From: Andalucia godoyi And28
Taxonomy: Eukaryota > Protista > Jakobida
Reading direction: 5' to 3'
Assembly: GCA_009859145.1 (NCBI GenBank)
Contig: VRVR01000034.1
Location: forward strand, 181,358 to 245,357
DNA: 64,000 nt
Shown here: piece after piece, positions 52,868 through 63,812 of the stretch
How the letters are laid out: every line of letters starts with the position of its first letter
How positions within the stretch are numbered: position 1 is the stretch's first letter
Notes under the pieces: model-generated
Databases searched by the model: none
The model's input: only the letters and a program-made list of their open reading frames with translations
What the model was told of the DNA's origin: nothing
Position numbers and translations under genes: made by a program

Positions 52868-53896
52868 TCAGCAGTGGGCAGACAGGATCCGATCGACAGC
52901 CTCCTCCACGTCTGCGGTCACCATATGTGCAGGGTCGTGGGGGTCGTTTGCTGGTCCTTGGAAGCATCCGGTGCGTACAAGCACACTCTTCCAGCGATCT
53001 CCGGCGCGGTTTGCTCCTCGGACATCCGCTCGAGGATTATCGCCAACCCCGTAGAAGGCTTCGATCGGCCCGCCGGCCACCCTCTCGAGAAGGTCCTCTG
53101 CGTATTCGTATGTGATTCGATGCGGCTTGCCAGTCCGCGAAAAGACCAATTTGCGTGCGTGATGCGGCTTGTCATGGTCTTCCGTGCGCACGGATTCCAG
53201 ATTGACGCGTCTCCACATTGCCTGCAAGAACTCCTCAAAGGCCGCCTGTGCGATGCGCGGGGCGATCCAACGGCCTGCAAACACGACATCTTCGTTGGTG
53301 TTCCACAGAAGTGCCTGCGGACGATCTACATATCCGTGGAGCGGCTTATTCAGGATGCCGTCCTGGCTACGCAGGACATCGAGTATGATCTGCACATCTC
53401 GTGTCAAATGCACCGAGTCATGCACCAGGAACACTCTTTTAATCGGCTGGTCAAAGATGCCGATGGTCCGCAGAAGATCCACGCGGTCTGCCGGTACCTC
53501 TGCAGGCGTAATAAATGGGTATAACAGCGGTTGCAAGGCATGTAGTTCCTCGACAGTGACATATGGAATCTGAAGAGAATCACCAATCTCGTTCAGGTCT
53601 CCGTGCCCGGCAATCAGCGTGAAACCCTGTCGGAACTCCGTGCTCTGCTTCTGCACAACAGACCGCAAAGGAGAGTGCGATAGGATCATTCTCGAGGGAT
53701 TCACAGGCATACCAAGCACTGTGGAAAGCCGCTCTGCTCGTACCCGCTCCGTGCATCCTCCTCCGTTTGTCACGAACACATACGGAACCTTGTGCTTCTC
53801 AAGCTTGCTCAGCGCTCGCACTGCACCCGGGATCGGATTCCGACCCAGAACAACGCACCCATCAATGTCCAGTGCTAGCCCTACCTTACGAAGCAT
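52868..53896 (-). CDS. HAD-superfamily subfamily IIA hydrolase, CECR5/HDHD5-like
   Basis: LDIDG motif I, VTNGGG, GKP and VGDNPRADVRGAN. ATG at 53896. Confidence 0.9.
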   Translation of the reverse strand: MLRKVGLALDIDGCVVLGRNPIPGAVRALSKLEKHKVPYVFVTNGGGCTERVRAERLSTVLGMPVNPSRMILSHSPLRSVVQKQSTEFRQGFTLIAGHGDLNEIGDSLQIPYVTVEELHALQPLLYPFITPAEVPADRVDLLRTIGIFDQPIKRVFLVHDSVHLTRDVQIILDVLRSQDGILNKPLHGYVDRPQALLWNTNEDVVFAGRWIAPRIAQAAFEEFLQAMWRRVNLESVRTEDHDKPHHARKLVFSRTGKPHRITYEYAEDLLERVAGGPIEAFYGVGDNPRADVRGANRAGDRWKSVLVRTGCFQGPANDPHDPAHMVTADVEEAVDRILSAHC

Positions 53897-54022
53897 CCGC
53901 AGCCCTGCCCAATTCGCTGTATTGTTTCCCTTCCTATGCCTGCTCTCTCTCTCTCTCTCTCTCTCCCTCCAGCGCGAAAAAAGAAAACCTTCTTTCCGAG
54001 TGCAAAGCGGCACTGCTGCTGG

Positions 54023-54056
54023 TTTCGGGGGATTTCGGGGGATTTCGGGGGATTTC
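54023..54056 (+). repeat. 10 bp tandem repeat (TTTCGGGGGA)x3
   Basis: Read directly from the sequence. A fourth G-run follows at 54066-54069. Confidence 0.9.
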
Positions 54057-54119
54057 CTTTTCGTCGGGGATTTTCCTTTCCTTTTCTTTTCTTTGTGTGT
54101 TGGTGTCGTTTTCGTCAAC

Positions 54120-54229
54120 CCCAAATGTCTGGATAGCATGGCTCAGTTGACAGCCGTCGACATTGTTGTTGAATGAAGGCCGTCGCCGCAGCGTAGGTGT
54201 GCAGGTCGACGCCCAATGAGACGCTGTCG
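54120..54229. repeat. Dispersed multi-block repeat, copy B
   Basis: Same three blocks as 42474-42557, in the same order and on the same strand, with different spacer lengths. Confidence 0.85.
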
Positions 54230-54479
54230 AATACGGAGCTGTTTGAGGCGCAGTATGCGAGACAAATGTTTAGAGAGTGGTTGGGTTGGTAGGTAACGTC
54301 TTTTCTCAGTTTTTCAAAGCTATGCAGCGCTCGAACGCTGCAAAAATGAGATGTTTGTTTTCGCTCTGCTTTCCGTGGCGCAGAAAGCAAGTCCCGCATG
54401 TTAACATTGAAGAGGTGCTGCTATCTGAAGATGATAGTCGTTCAAGAACAGCTCCGAGAATGGTTCTAGCAAACGGTTT

Positions 54480-54480
<1 letters not shown>

Positions 54481-54548
<68 letters not shown>
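54481..54548. repeat. (CT)n microsatellite, about 34 units
   Basis: Read directly from the sequence. Confidence 0.97.
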
Positions 54549-54551
<3 letters not shown>

Positions 54552-54639
54552 TCCTCTTGATCCACGCTCCCAGTCAATTTACTCCCGATGTAGTGGGTTA
54601 CTAATGTGTTTGTTTTGTTTTGTTTTTGGCCGTTGTTGC

Positions 54640-57277
54640 ATGCAATGGGTTGAGAACTGGATAGCACGTGATGGTCGGCGGAAAATCTTCTTGGTGTCGG
54701 AGGAGTTTGTGGATTCGTTTGAAGGAATCATGCTCCAAGCGGAATACTCTGATGTCGTATTGGAAAACCTTGATTTTGGCACAGGTCTTGCGCAGAAGCT
54801 TTGGGATCTATCCAGACTTGATCGGAACATCAGATACTTGAAACTCCACAGATGCAAGGAGCTGAATATTCCACTCGATCACGAGTTTCCGCTCTTTGCA
54901 TTCCCTGCGTTTTCATTCCTCACTCATTTGAGCATATGCTGTACGTTCACACTCCGTCCTTTTTTGCATGCATTCACTTCTTCTTCCTCCTCTTCTTCCT
55001 CCTCTTCTTGTGGTTCTGGCTGTTTTTATGTGGAAATACGATAACCGTCACTCACGCATGTTGTCTGCAGTGCCATATTTCCCATCGCGGATCTCGCTTT
55101 GCAATCTCATGAATAGCTTCCATTCGCGCTTGGTCACTTTTAAGTTGGGCACGGTGACCGGGGTCCTTTCCGATCATCCGAGTATTCACGATGCGTTGGC
55201 CAGTTTCTTTCTGCGAAGCAAGGATCTGCAGAACGTGGTGGTGGAGAGCGTGGAAATGCATCGATCCGTTGTTTTGACGGTTCTGAGAAGTGTTCACAAA
55301 CTTCGGTTTCTTAAGTCTCTTTTGCTAAGCATTTCTTGGTTGGATGTGTCTGTGGAGGACGAGGAATCTGCTGCCAGCGCCACTGATGATGAGATAGCTG
55401 TCGACCGAAAGACACTCACGCTGCTTATTGGAACCCTTCCGTATGCTTGTCGAAATCTAGAGTCCTTGACGGTGCGGCTTCTGCCTGTCTCTGTTGATCG
55501 AACGCTTCAAACGTTGGTTCAATCGGTACAATTCGTGCCACTTCGAAAGCCTGGGAGCAACGACTGTGAGTATTGTGGAGGGCACTGCGTTTGTTTTCGC
55601 CAGTTCTTGACGTCTTCTGAATCGCCCAAGATTCCGATGTCCGGTGGCATTGCAGCCGATGCAGAGGCTGATGTCAACAGACCGATATCCAAGTTGACGA
55701 AGCTTCGATTTTCGAAAATACGTGAGCACCCGCGTTATAATCGAGATGAATCAGTGTGGGACAAGAATGATTACTGGACGAAAGTATACTCGCATCTACA
55801 CATCGACACCCTCGAAATCGAGTCTTGTACAATTTCCGGACCGCATGCGCAGGCGCTCCTGCAAGGGTGTTCCAACGGTCATTTCAACAGCGTTTCTCTC
55901 GCTAGAACTACTGTCTCCATTCGCGAATACGCGGGTGTCCGAGAGAATCTGTGCTCCATGCTGTCGCGAGATCCTCCGATCACTTCCATGCAGCTTGTAT
56001 TCAGCGCATTTCTTGTTGACGAAGAAATGATTTCGATGCATGTGAAGTCGTCGAATATGCATCTGCGGTACATTCACGTCGGGTTCAATACGAATGCGGC
56101 CGACAGGAAAGTAATCAAGATTTTGCAGACAAATCGCGATTTGCACAATGCAATGACCTCTCGAGCTGGCATCGTCGGCGTGGGAAGACTGCTAACACTG
56201 AGCCAGCTTCACAGTGGAGAGCGGCAGCATGCTCGCTGTGGTGACACGCATCTTCCTTTGTCCATCTTCGGCCTCGAGTATTCCAGAATCTTTGGTTTTC
56301 AATTTATGACTCCACATGCTGTTTTGGATCTTGTGCAGCATGTAACTGTTTCCGTGCCTTTTCATTCCTTGCATTCCATATTTCAAGTCCTTCGTGCTGT
56401 TTTTGCAATACACTTTGTGAACCACCGGCTTCCCGCGACCCTTCCGTCCTCGGAATACATGCTCGGCTGCGTCGTATTTTTTGTCACTTGCGGCTGGATC
56501 GTGGTACGCTGCGTTGAAGTGTCGGCCATCCTTCAAGAGTTGGTTCTCGTCTTTCCGTTTCTCGAAGTGGGCGGCCAGGTCGTATCGCGGCCGTTGTACG
56601 ATGCCGATGACGCTGCTGATTTGTGCAGGAGCATTCCAGAGGATGATGGGCTTGAGTTGCTGGTGATTTCTGGATTTTCTTCGTTCATGGAGGCCGTTCA
56701 ACGCACTGCTGCTCCGCACTTGCGGCACATCTTTGCACAGTCCCCGGGTGCAAGAAGTCCAGTACTTCCCAGCTGCAATACGACAGTCGAGACGTTCGTC
56801 GAGGTGCAGAATTGCATATTCACTGTTCAGACGACTGTCGACCATAGCCACTCGCGTGTGGACATCCTTCCTGTGCCGTTTTCTTTCGCGGTCTTGTCGC
56901 CAAGCATCCGCTCTCAATATGAACTCGGAGAGCAGATCCTGGGCGATCTTGAGATGTTGCCCGAGATCTCCTCGGCTGCGTATGATGGTATTGTGGAATA
57001 TCTTGTGTTTGGCTCCATGAAGTGTGCTTTGCGGCCGTCATGTGTTTCAGACTTGCTTCGTGAATTGCCGGTGTTCATGCTCTCCGACATCGACTCGGAA
57101 TTAGATGAATATGTCTCTCGTTTCCTTAGTGACATGACTCTGCGCAAGTGCCTCGGATACTCCAAGAAGGAGCTGGAGATGCTGCGTGAACACGCGGAAA
57201 TCCACCACCTGTCTCGCACGATTAATGTATTGCACGACTTGGAGCATCGTTTTGAGTGGTCAAAGCTCTGCGTGTGA
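54640..57277 (+). CDS. Spliced hypothetical protein with LRR/RNI-like N-half and BTB-like C-terminus; exons 54640-54940 and 55071-57277 (start may be 54322 or 54346)
   Basis: The intron joins ORFs 54277-55044 and 54968-57277 in frame. LxxLxL segments and a terminal FAVLSPSIRS...PEISSAAYDGIVEYL segment are present. Confidence 0.65.
54941..55070 (+). other. Spliceosomal intron (130 nt, phase 1)
   Basis: GTACGT donor, CTT tract, CACTCAC branch-like site and CTGCAG acceptor. T+TG restores Leu-Pro-Tyr-Phe. Confidence 0.75.
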
Positions 57278-57469
57278 AGTGTTGTCTATTGCCAGTATGG
57301 GCATTGGTTCATGGGTTCTATTATGTATCCGCTACGTTTACTATACTTTTACATCATTTTGGCCAAAATCAATAATAATAATAATAATAATAATGAAATT
57401 GATGTATACATAAAATAATAAATAAAACAGATTAGTGGGAGTGGTTTCTAAACAGGAATTGGATAGGCT

Positions 57470-58109
57470 CTAAGGGTTGGACGGCGACGCTGCTGCCGCG
57501 AAAGAGAGTGTGTCGGCCATGGCCACAAACATTGCCAAGCAATATCTCGGAATACCATAGCCATCACGGATGACTCTCGCGGTCAAAAAGGCGTCTTGTA
57601 GTGCACCTGTAGCCGTCTTCAGTCTTACTGGGAACTGGAGTTCGTTGACTTGTTCATCGGTGACAAACTTGGAGAGGTTCTGCATCATGAATGGATAGGT
57701 CCGGTCGTCGAACAAGTCGTACGGTGACCGACACGGGTTGTCCAAGTACGAGGCGGATGCCATCAAGATCTCCATCAACTGGGAATTATATTTGTAGATC
57801 TTGGAGTCGAGGGGAATCGAAATAAAGGCTGGGCACCAGATTATATTCACCATGTCTTCCCAGGATTTCAGCGTCTCCATCACACACAGTTCGATCGCAG
57901 CTTCCTCATCGACAGACAGTTTCACAGTTTGCTTTTTCCTCCGAGCCATTTCCTCTAGCCTCCGATGCAGGTCATCCATTGCAACCATCGCATCGACACG
58001 GCTTTCCAGACTCATCTCGATCTTTGCACAGCTCGCAAGGAGCGTCGTCAACGTGCTTTTGTCGGAGCCCGGGCCCGAGTATGGTCCTGAACCTGGTCCT
58101 GACCCTGAC

Positions 58110-58158
<49 letters not shown>

Positions 58159-59050
58159 TCAATCCAGAACTCGCAGAGGATTGCGATGGTGAAGGGAAGG
58201 GCGAACCTACACAAGGACCCATATCAAGAATTCGGTCTTGATTGCTATTCAAAGAGACCATTCGCGGTAGGCATGCTCCACAAACCTTGCCGTCACCCAC
58301 ACGTCCTCTACATTTGGAACACTCATTGTTCTGCGTCCTCTCTGCAACGGTTTCATGTGCTGGAGCCAACTCTCGATTGTCACGTACATTTGCATCTCGC
58401 AGAACCCCGCTGCCGCAACGCTCATCGACTCCCATAGTGGACATCGGCATTCGCATCTGCATCGTCGGATATGCCAACAAGGGCATGCTGTACATCGCAG
58501 CATGACTCGCATTCATGATCTTGTGTGCGAACATCTGCGGGTTTCCGAACACCAAATGGTGATGTTGCGGATGGAGAGAAAAGGACACGGGCTGCACACC
58601 ATCAGAAGCGCCAGTCATGAAATCCTGAGGAGGACGCCCCTTTCTCGTCTGTGGCGCAGAAGCAGTCGGCAAGTTTGCTGTGTTTCCTACAGAAGAAGCT
58701 CCATGTGTACACCCAAATGGAGGTACGTTCCGAGGTGGCTCAGAAGCTTGGTTGAACGCGTTGGAGAAGTCCAAAAACTTTGTCTCGGTCGCTCTTTCAG
58801 ACCCAGAGCCCGAGCCTTCGAAAGGTATGGCGGACCCAATGCGAGGTGGCGGTCCCCTGCGCTTGCGCACGGGATACAAGCACTGATTCCCGATGCCTCT
58901 TTCTACACACCGAGAACACGGAGATTTGCCGTCGCACGATCGATGCACAGATCGACACTGTGTACACGCCTGTGGGGCACGCAGTCTGCGGCTACTCACA
59001 ACAGAATCATCTTCGTGCTTTGGGCATTGCAATCTCTCTTCATCACTCAT
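57470..59050 (-). CDS. Zn(II)2Cys6 (GAL4-type) binuclear cluster transcription factor with a possible C-terminal PAS-like region
   Basis: ACTQCRSVHRSCDGKSPCSRCVERGIGNQCLYP followed by a basic RKRRGPP linker. Confidence 0.88.
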
Positions 59051-59207
59051 CCCTACTCTTGAAGCACCTGTGTCAACAATATCAACAATATCGCTGTTAC
59101 TGCTACTGCTGTTGGCTGCTGCAACTATGACTATATAACAGAAAGGAAACTAAGAAAGCTGTTATATATAAACAGAAGAACAGTGGGAAGAATGCAAAAA
59201 GAAATAA

Positions 59208-59256
<49 letters not shown>

Positions 59257-60258
59257 TTGCTTCGAACAGCAAAAGACGGCCACAAGAAGTGGTGTTCAAG
59301 AGACTGGACGAACCTCGTAATAAGCCGACTGCAGGAAACAAAAGATCACGGAGAAAAATGAAGGAATGAGCAAGGAACAGTGAAGGAAGGAATCAGGAAA
59401 AGAACGGCAGGAAAGAACGGGACAAGTGGGAGCGGCTCGCAAGCCGTGACGTACGAACGCACGCTTTTTTGCCCTCGATTGGACCAGTTCTGCTTACAAC
59501 CGATCCCCGTGGAGCAGAGCAGAACGGTCAAAGCAGCGAGCCGAGAGTGCTCGTGCGATCAGCTCTCGCGTTCCCAAATGAGCGATGAGCAGGAAAGTTC
59601 AGCTCCTGCGTTGCGATTCTGAAACACCTGCCTTGTCAGAGCAGACTCGCGGAAACATATCAAAAAAAACGATAGGCGAGATGGGGGGTGAACATTCGGT
59701 GACCCCCCCTCATTCCAAGTTTATGAAGTCCATATGTGTCGAGGTGCGAGGATGCTTAGTCCACTCAACGTTCGAAGAAGACGCATGCTGAGCACCAAAA
59801 ATATGAGCCACCACGTTTTGCAGTGTCTTGGAGGGACGAAGGAGTAGAGGGAAACGAAGATGCAATGACATACTTTTATGATTCTTTTTACATATTTTTG
59901 ACGCTTACGCGCTGACATCGAGGATTTGACAGACAAGTTGACCGATCATCCATGCAAAACGTAACGTCGACGCAGCTTCCTGCAAGTTCTTTCTCTGGGG
60001 TTCTCAAGCTGATCCCATCCCATTTTCCTTCTTCCTTCTTCCTTCTTCTCTTTCTTTTTCAGTTGGATTTAGGGAGGGGGACAAGGAAGTTGAAAAATGC
60101 CGATCCTTCTTCTCGCACGCAGCGTTGACGTGTCTCCGCAGTCCGTTTGACGAAAGGGGGGGGAGGATATGATCGCGCTCCTTCATCTGAATCGCAAACG
60201 AAGAAGTAAGAGGAGACGTGTTGGTATGCATCTTCCGTTGGGGTCTGCCGAGTTCAGA

Positions 60259-61401
60259 CTACTTGGGATGATGGCGCGGATTGTGCTGCTGCCATTGAAG
60301 GGGTCTGTTCAGCGCAGAGTGTTCCAAATGAACAAGGTCGTCCACGACCATGTCGATTGGTAGTGGCCGCTTCACCCCTTTTGGAGGCAAGAACTGGACT
60401 TTCTGGAACGGAGCTTCGGGTGCACGGTCGCTCCCAGATGCACCAAGGAGCACGGACGCCCAGTGCGATTGAGGAGTCGGTTGGCTGATGATGCCCTTTG
60501 CTGCTTGGACAATTGCTAGCCAGTCCCATTCGTCGTCATCTTGCGGAGCTCCCATCAGAGAAGAGGGGCCACCTGCGCCACCAATGCCGCCCATGCCATG
60601 ACTGTGACTGCTTTCTGTGCCTGCAGATCCAGAACCATTTTGAACCTCTGACGACGACGACAAGGATGATGATGATGAAGCAAAGGAAGAGGAAGCGGAA
60701 GAGGAAGCGGAAGAGGAAGAGGAACTATGATCAATGCGCTTGTGGTGAGGAATTGCGTCTCGTGGGACATAGTCGATGAGGAAATCAAAGATGTCTGTCT
60801 GAAACACCGCGTTGACCATGTCCGAGCCCTGGATCGTCCTTCGTTTTTCATTCGTCGCATGGACGAATGCCCGCGTTGTCAACTCGGCCATGAACAGCTC
60901 TGTCAATTTCGACAAGAGAAACGGAATTTCCTGTCCAATAAACACCCCCTTTTGTTTTTGTCCGAACATTGGATGCGATGACTGTGAAGCCGCTGCCGAG
61001 AATTCCACAGCACTTCCTTCGTCCGCAGCGCCTTCCGATGACGACGCGATCCTGCTGGACCCAACTTGCTGACTCGCAGCAACTGCGGTGCGCCCATCTC
61101 CATCCGACAAGGAGCTGCTCGACGCGGCGCCGCTGATTGGAAGCTTCGGTACCGGTAACGACGGCGCGCTATCAAAACTCCGCTCAAGCGAATCAAGAAT
61201 CGAAGAGTACTCAGACTCTAGGACAACATGTGCAAGCTCATGCTTCAACAGCGATCGGATTCGATGCGCTGGAATCTTTGCGTTTTTGATGTGTTCCCGA
61301 GCATTGCGCTTACACTCCTCCAACATCGTGCCATATAATTCGCTGAGCGTCTGCACATTCGCCGCCGAAAGCTCAGAAGACAGCGATGCGTCTCGAAACA
61401 T
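60259..61401 (-). CDS. NFYC: NF-YC/HAP5-like histone-fold transcription factor with a large insertion
   Basis: IPAHRIRSLLK...EIPFLLSKLTELFMAELTTRAF...KRRTIQ..D...DIFDFLIDYVPRD. Confidence 0.82.
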   Translation of the reverse strand: MFRDASLSSELSAANVQTLSELYGTMLEECKRNAREHIKNAKIPAHRIRSLLKHELAHVVLESEYSSILDSLERSFDSAPSLPVPKLPISGAASSSSLSDGDGRTAVAASQQVGSSRIASSSEGAADEGSAVEFSAAASQSSHPMFGQKQKGVFIGQEIPFLLSKLTELFMAELTTRAFVHATNEKRRTIQGSDMVNAVFQTDIFDFLIDYVPRDAIPHHKRIDHSSSSSSASSSASSSFASSSSSLSSSSEVQNGSGSAGTESSHSHGMGGIGGAGGPSSLMGAPQDDDEWDWLAIVQAAKGIISQPTPQSHWASVLLGASGSDRAPEAPFQKVQFLPPKGVKRPLPIDMVVDDLVHLEHSALNRPLQWQQHNPRHHPK

Positions 61402-62043
61402 TCAGGAACGTCGTGCGATCAAACAAACCCGACTACGCCAATCTGTGTGCCGATTCAGTATGCAGAGCATCCAGAGCGTTAGCCCCCCTGTTTACGTACG
61501 TACTGGTACGTGCTTCGGTAGGTCAGTAAGTACTGTTGTGTGTTCTGCGGCGTACTTCTTTAGTCGGGAGAAGAAGAGGCTGAAAACACGATTTCCGGAA
61601 AGGGACGGCGCTTGCGGGAATTTGACGGTACAGCAAAATCCAACACTGTAGTCAGGAAACGTAACGTCCGGAATGCGCCACGTGTGACGCACGGGCGAGT
61701 AGCTGAATAAAATGACGGATAGGGAAGGTGGATGAACGGAGCCGGGCGGTGTAGGAGCCAGTCGAGCATTTAGTAGTTTTTGTCTGGAAAAATCTACAAA
61801 GGTGGTGGTGGGAAATGAAGTGCAAGTGCACAACGGTGGGGTGGAAAGGGGGGGTCAGAAACCGATTGACCACTGCCACGTGGCTTGCTTCTACATTTCC
61901 CTCCTGCCTGACTTCGCTGGTTCCAAGCAACGCAGCAAATAGACAGAAGTTAATCATTATTCTAACTTTTAAAGGGCATGAATACATTACAGACAACCGA
62001 CAGACGCCCTGGCGAGCAGTACACCGTGCGCTCAGGTCACCGC

Positions 62044-62829
62044 TCACGGCTCCGATGACTCTTGCAAAAGACCAGTTTTCATGCCTTTCGACATATGTTT
62101 CTGTTGCCGATCGAGGGATTCGAATGATTTGAACTGCGAGCCATCGGAAGCGGGCCGGAGAGAGCGGCAGGCAAGCAAATGCGGATGCGACACTTTGGCA
62201 CAGATGAACTCGGCTGCGGTAACCAGTAATTTGATAAAGAAGAAGAAGCCGGCGGCCACCACCAGGTGCGCAAACACGCCTGTTTGCGAAGCTTGGCACT
62301 GTGAAGAAACGGATGCGAGCAAGTTGTCAACAAGCAGCAAGGAAAGCATGAGCAAGTGCAGCGTCCATACGAGACGCTGTTCGAACGGGCGGAAATACCA
62401 GACGTGGTTCGGGGCCACATTAACATCCAGAGAGAGGATCACAAACATGGACAGAAGCACCATTCCGATCGCCAAAATCATATTGAGTATTTGCAACGGT
62501 TCGTGCTGAATGTCTGGTGAGAGCACCACCGAAGACAGCACGCACATGACTAGTGAGCAAGGGACGGTGCACACGACGAAAAACCTGCACCGAAAGTCAG
62601 ACTGCAGAAACGACGACTTACACGCGGCCCAATTAGAGAGACACGACCCAACTGCTTGCGGAAAGGCAAAGACCAAGTACAGCGTAATTGTGACAAACGA
62701 GAGAAGTTCAGCAACCGAGTTGTTCGCGAGCACACCAATGATGTCGGTGATGCTCACAGTCACAACAGTGCTCAAGAACAACACTGCAAGCAGCCACAAG
62801 TAGGCCCACGAAGCCACTTCATTCATCAC
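62044..62829 (-). CDS. Unknown ~6-TM membrane protein, paralogue 1
   Basis: 261 aa with six hydrophobic segments. Shares motifs with 63069-63812. Confidence 0.8.
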   Translation of the reverse strand: MMNEVASWAYLWLLAVLFLSTVVTVSITDIIGVLANNSVAELLSFVTITLYLVFAFPQAVGSCLSNWAACKSSFLQSDFRCRFFVVCTVPCSLVMCVLSSVVLSPDIQHEPLQILNMILAIGMVLLSMFVILSLDVNVAPNHVWYFRPFEQRLVWTLHLLMLSLLLVDNLLASVSSQCQASQTGVFAHLVVAAGFFFFIKLLVTAAEFICAKVSHPHLLACRSLRPASDGSQFKSFESLDRQQKHMSKGMKTGLLQESSEP

Positions 62830-63068
62830 AGTAAATCAGCAATCAAAAACAAAACAAAAAAGAAAACAATCTCTACACTGCCCCCCTCTTTGCCATTTGC
62901 AGCAACAGGAAGGACAGCAGCACAAAAGAAAACACTCGATTCGAGCCGGGAAGATGAGAAACTTCCCATAGTGCTCAAGCACGCCTCGAGTATGTCGGAA
63001 GAGGGGTTCCGCGCGGCACGCGTGACGAGATGGACGTGGAGGGGGAACGCGAGGAGAGCGAGGGCGTG

Positions 63069-63812
63069 TCAAAAAAGAAGAGGGTCGCGTAGCTTTGCAA
63101 TCTCCATCTCTACGGAGCGGTTCGCGGGTCTACAAGGACTGCGAAGAGTCTTGATGATGAACAGCTGGGGACGTCGGATTTTGGAGCTTGCAAGTTCTGC
63201 GGTCGTCACAAGCAGTTTGAAGAAGATGAATGTGTATACAGTTTGGAAGATCCTCTTTTGCAGCTTGTTGTTGCTTTCGTCGCAGCCCGTAGCCAGTTCA
63301 TTGACTATTGAGACCAGCATCGTCATTCCGATCACGGACGTATGTAGCATCCACACGATACGCTGCGGAGTCAGCGGAAGAAACAGAGCAGAGCTTTGCG
63401 GCAGCACAATGTCCATCGTCAGGATAAGCAGCAGCGACAGAAGAACGGTTCCGATCAGTAAGGGGATGAGAAAGATTGCGTATTGGTATGTCTGGGCAGT
63501 AGCATCGTTCAAGTACGTAATGCAGGACAGTACACCCATCACGACCATTGCAGGGATCACAAAGTACACGGTAAGCTTGCACCGAAAGTCCGATTCACCG
63601 AGTAAGCTCATTGCTTCTTTAAAATGGGCAAACAACACACATCCCATGTGAGCTATCGCAAGTACGAGATACAAAGTCACGGAACAGTGAAGCACAATTC
63701 CCGCAGGACTGGACAGCTGAACTTGCATCTCAAGCACCGAGGCAGTGATCAGCGAAGTCGTAAACAGCGCACTTAGCAGCATGGTGTACGCCCATGCCCA
63801 TGATGTCTTCAT
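63069..63812 (-). CDS. Unknown ~6-TM membrane protein, paralogue 2
   Basis: ATG at 63812. Shares WAY..LL..LF, TLYLV.A, SDFRC, QR.VW.LH and KLLVT.AE with paralogue 1. Confidence 0.8.
   Translation of the reverse strand: MKTSWAWAYTMLLSALFTTSLITASVLEMQVQLSSPAGIVLHCSVTLYLVLAIAHMGCVLFAHFKEAMSLLGESDFRCKLTVYFVIPAMVVMGVLSCITYLNDATAQTYQYAIFLIPLLIGTVLLSLLLILTMDIVLPQSSALFLPLTPQRIVWMLHTSVIGMTMLVSIVNELATGCDESNNKLQKRIFQTVYTFIFFKLLVTTAELASSKIRRPQLFIIKTLRSPCRPANRSVEMEIAKLRDPLLF

Noticed and set aside
58100-58160. (CCTGAG)n array, and likewise the (GAC)n, (GTTGCC)n and (GTTTTC)n tracts elsewhere
   Set aside because: These mostly encode ordinary low-complexity peptide linkers (GS, S, GN, EN). They have no unique spacers, so they are not CRISPR-like.
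59681-59713. G6/C7 inverted repeat hairpin
   Set aside because: A low-complexity stem with no supporting context.
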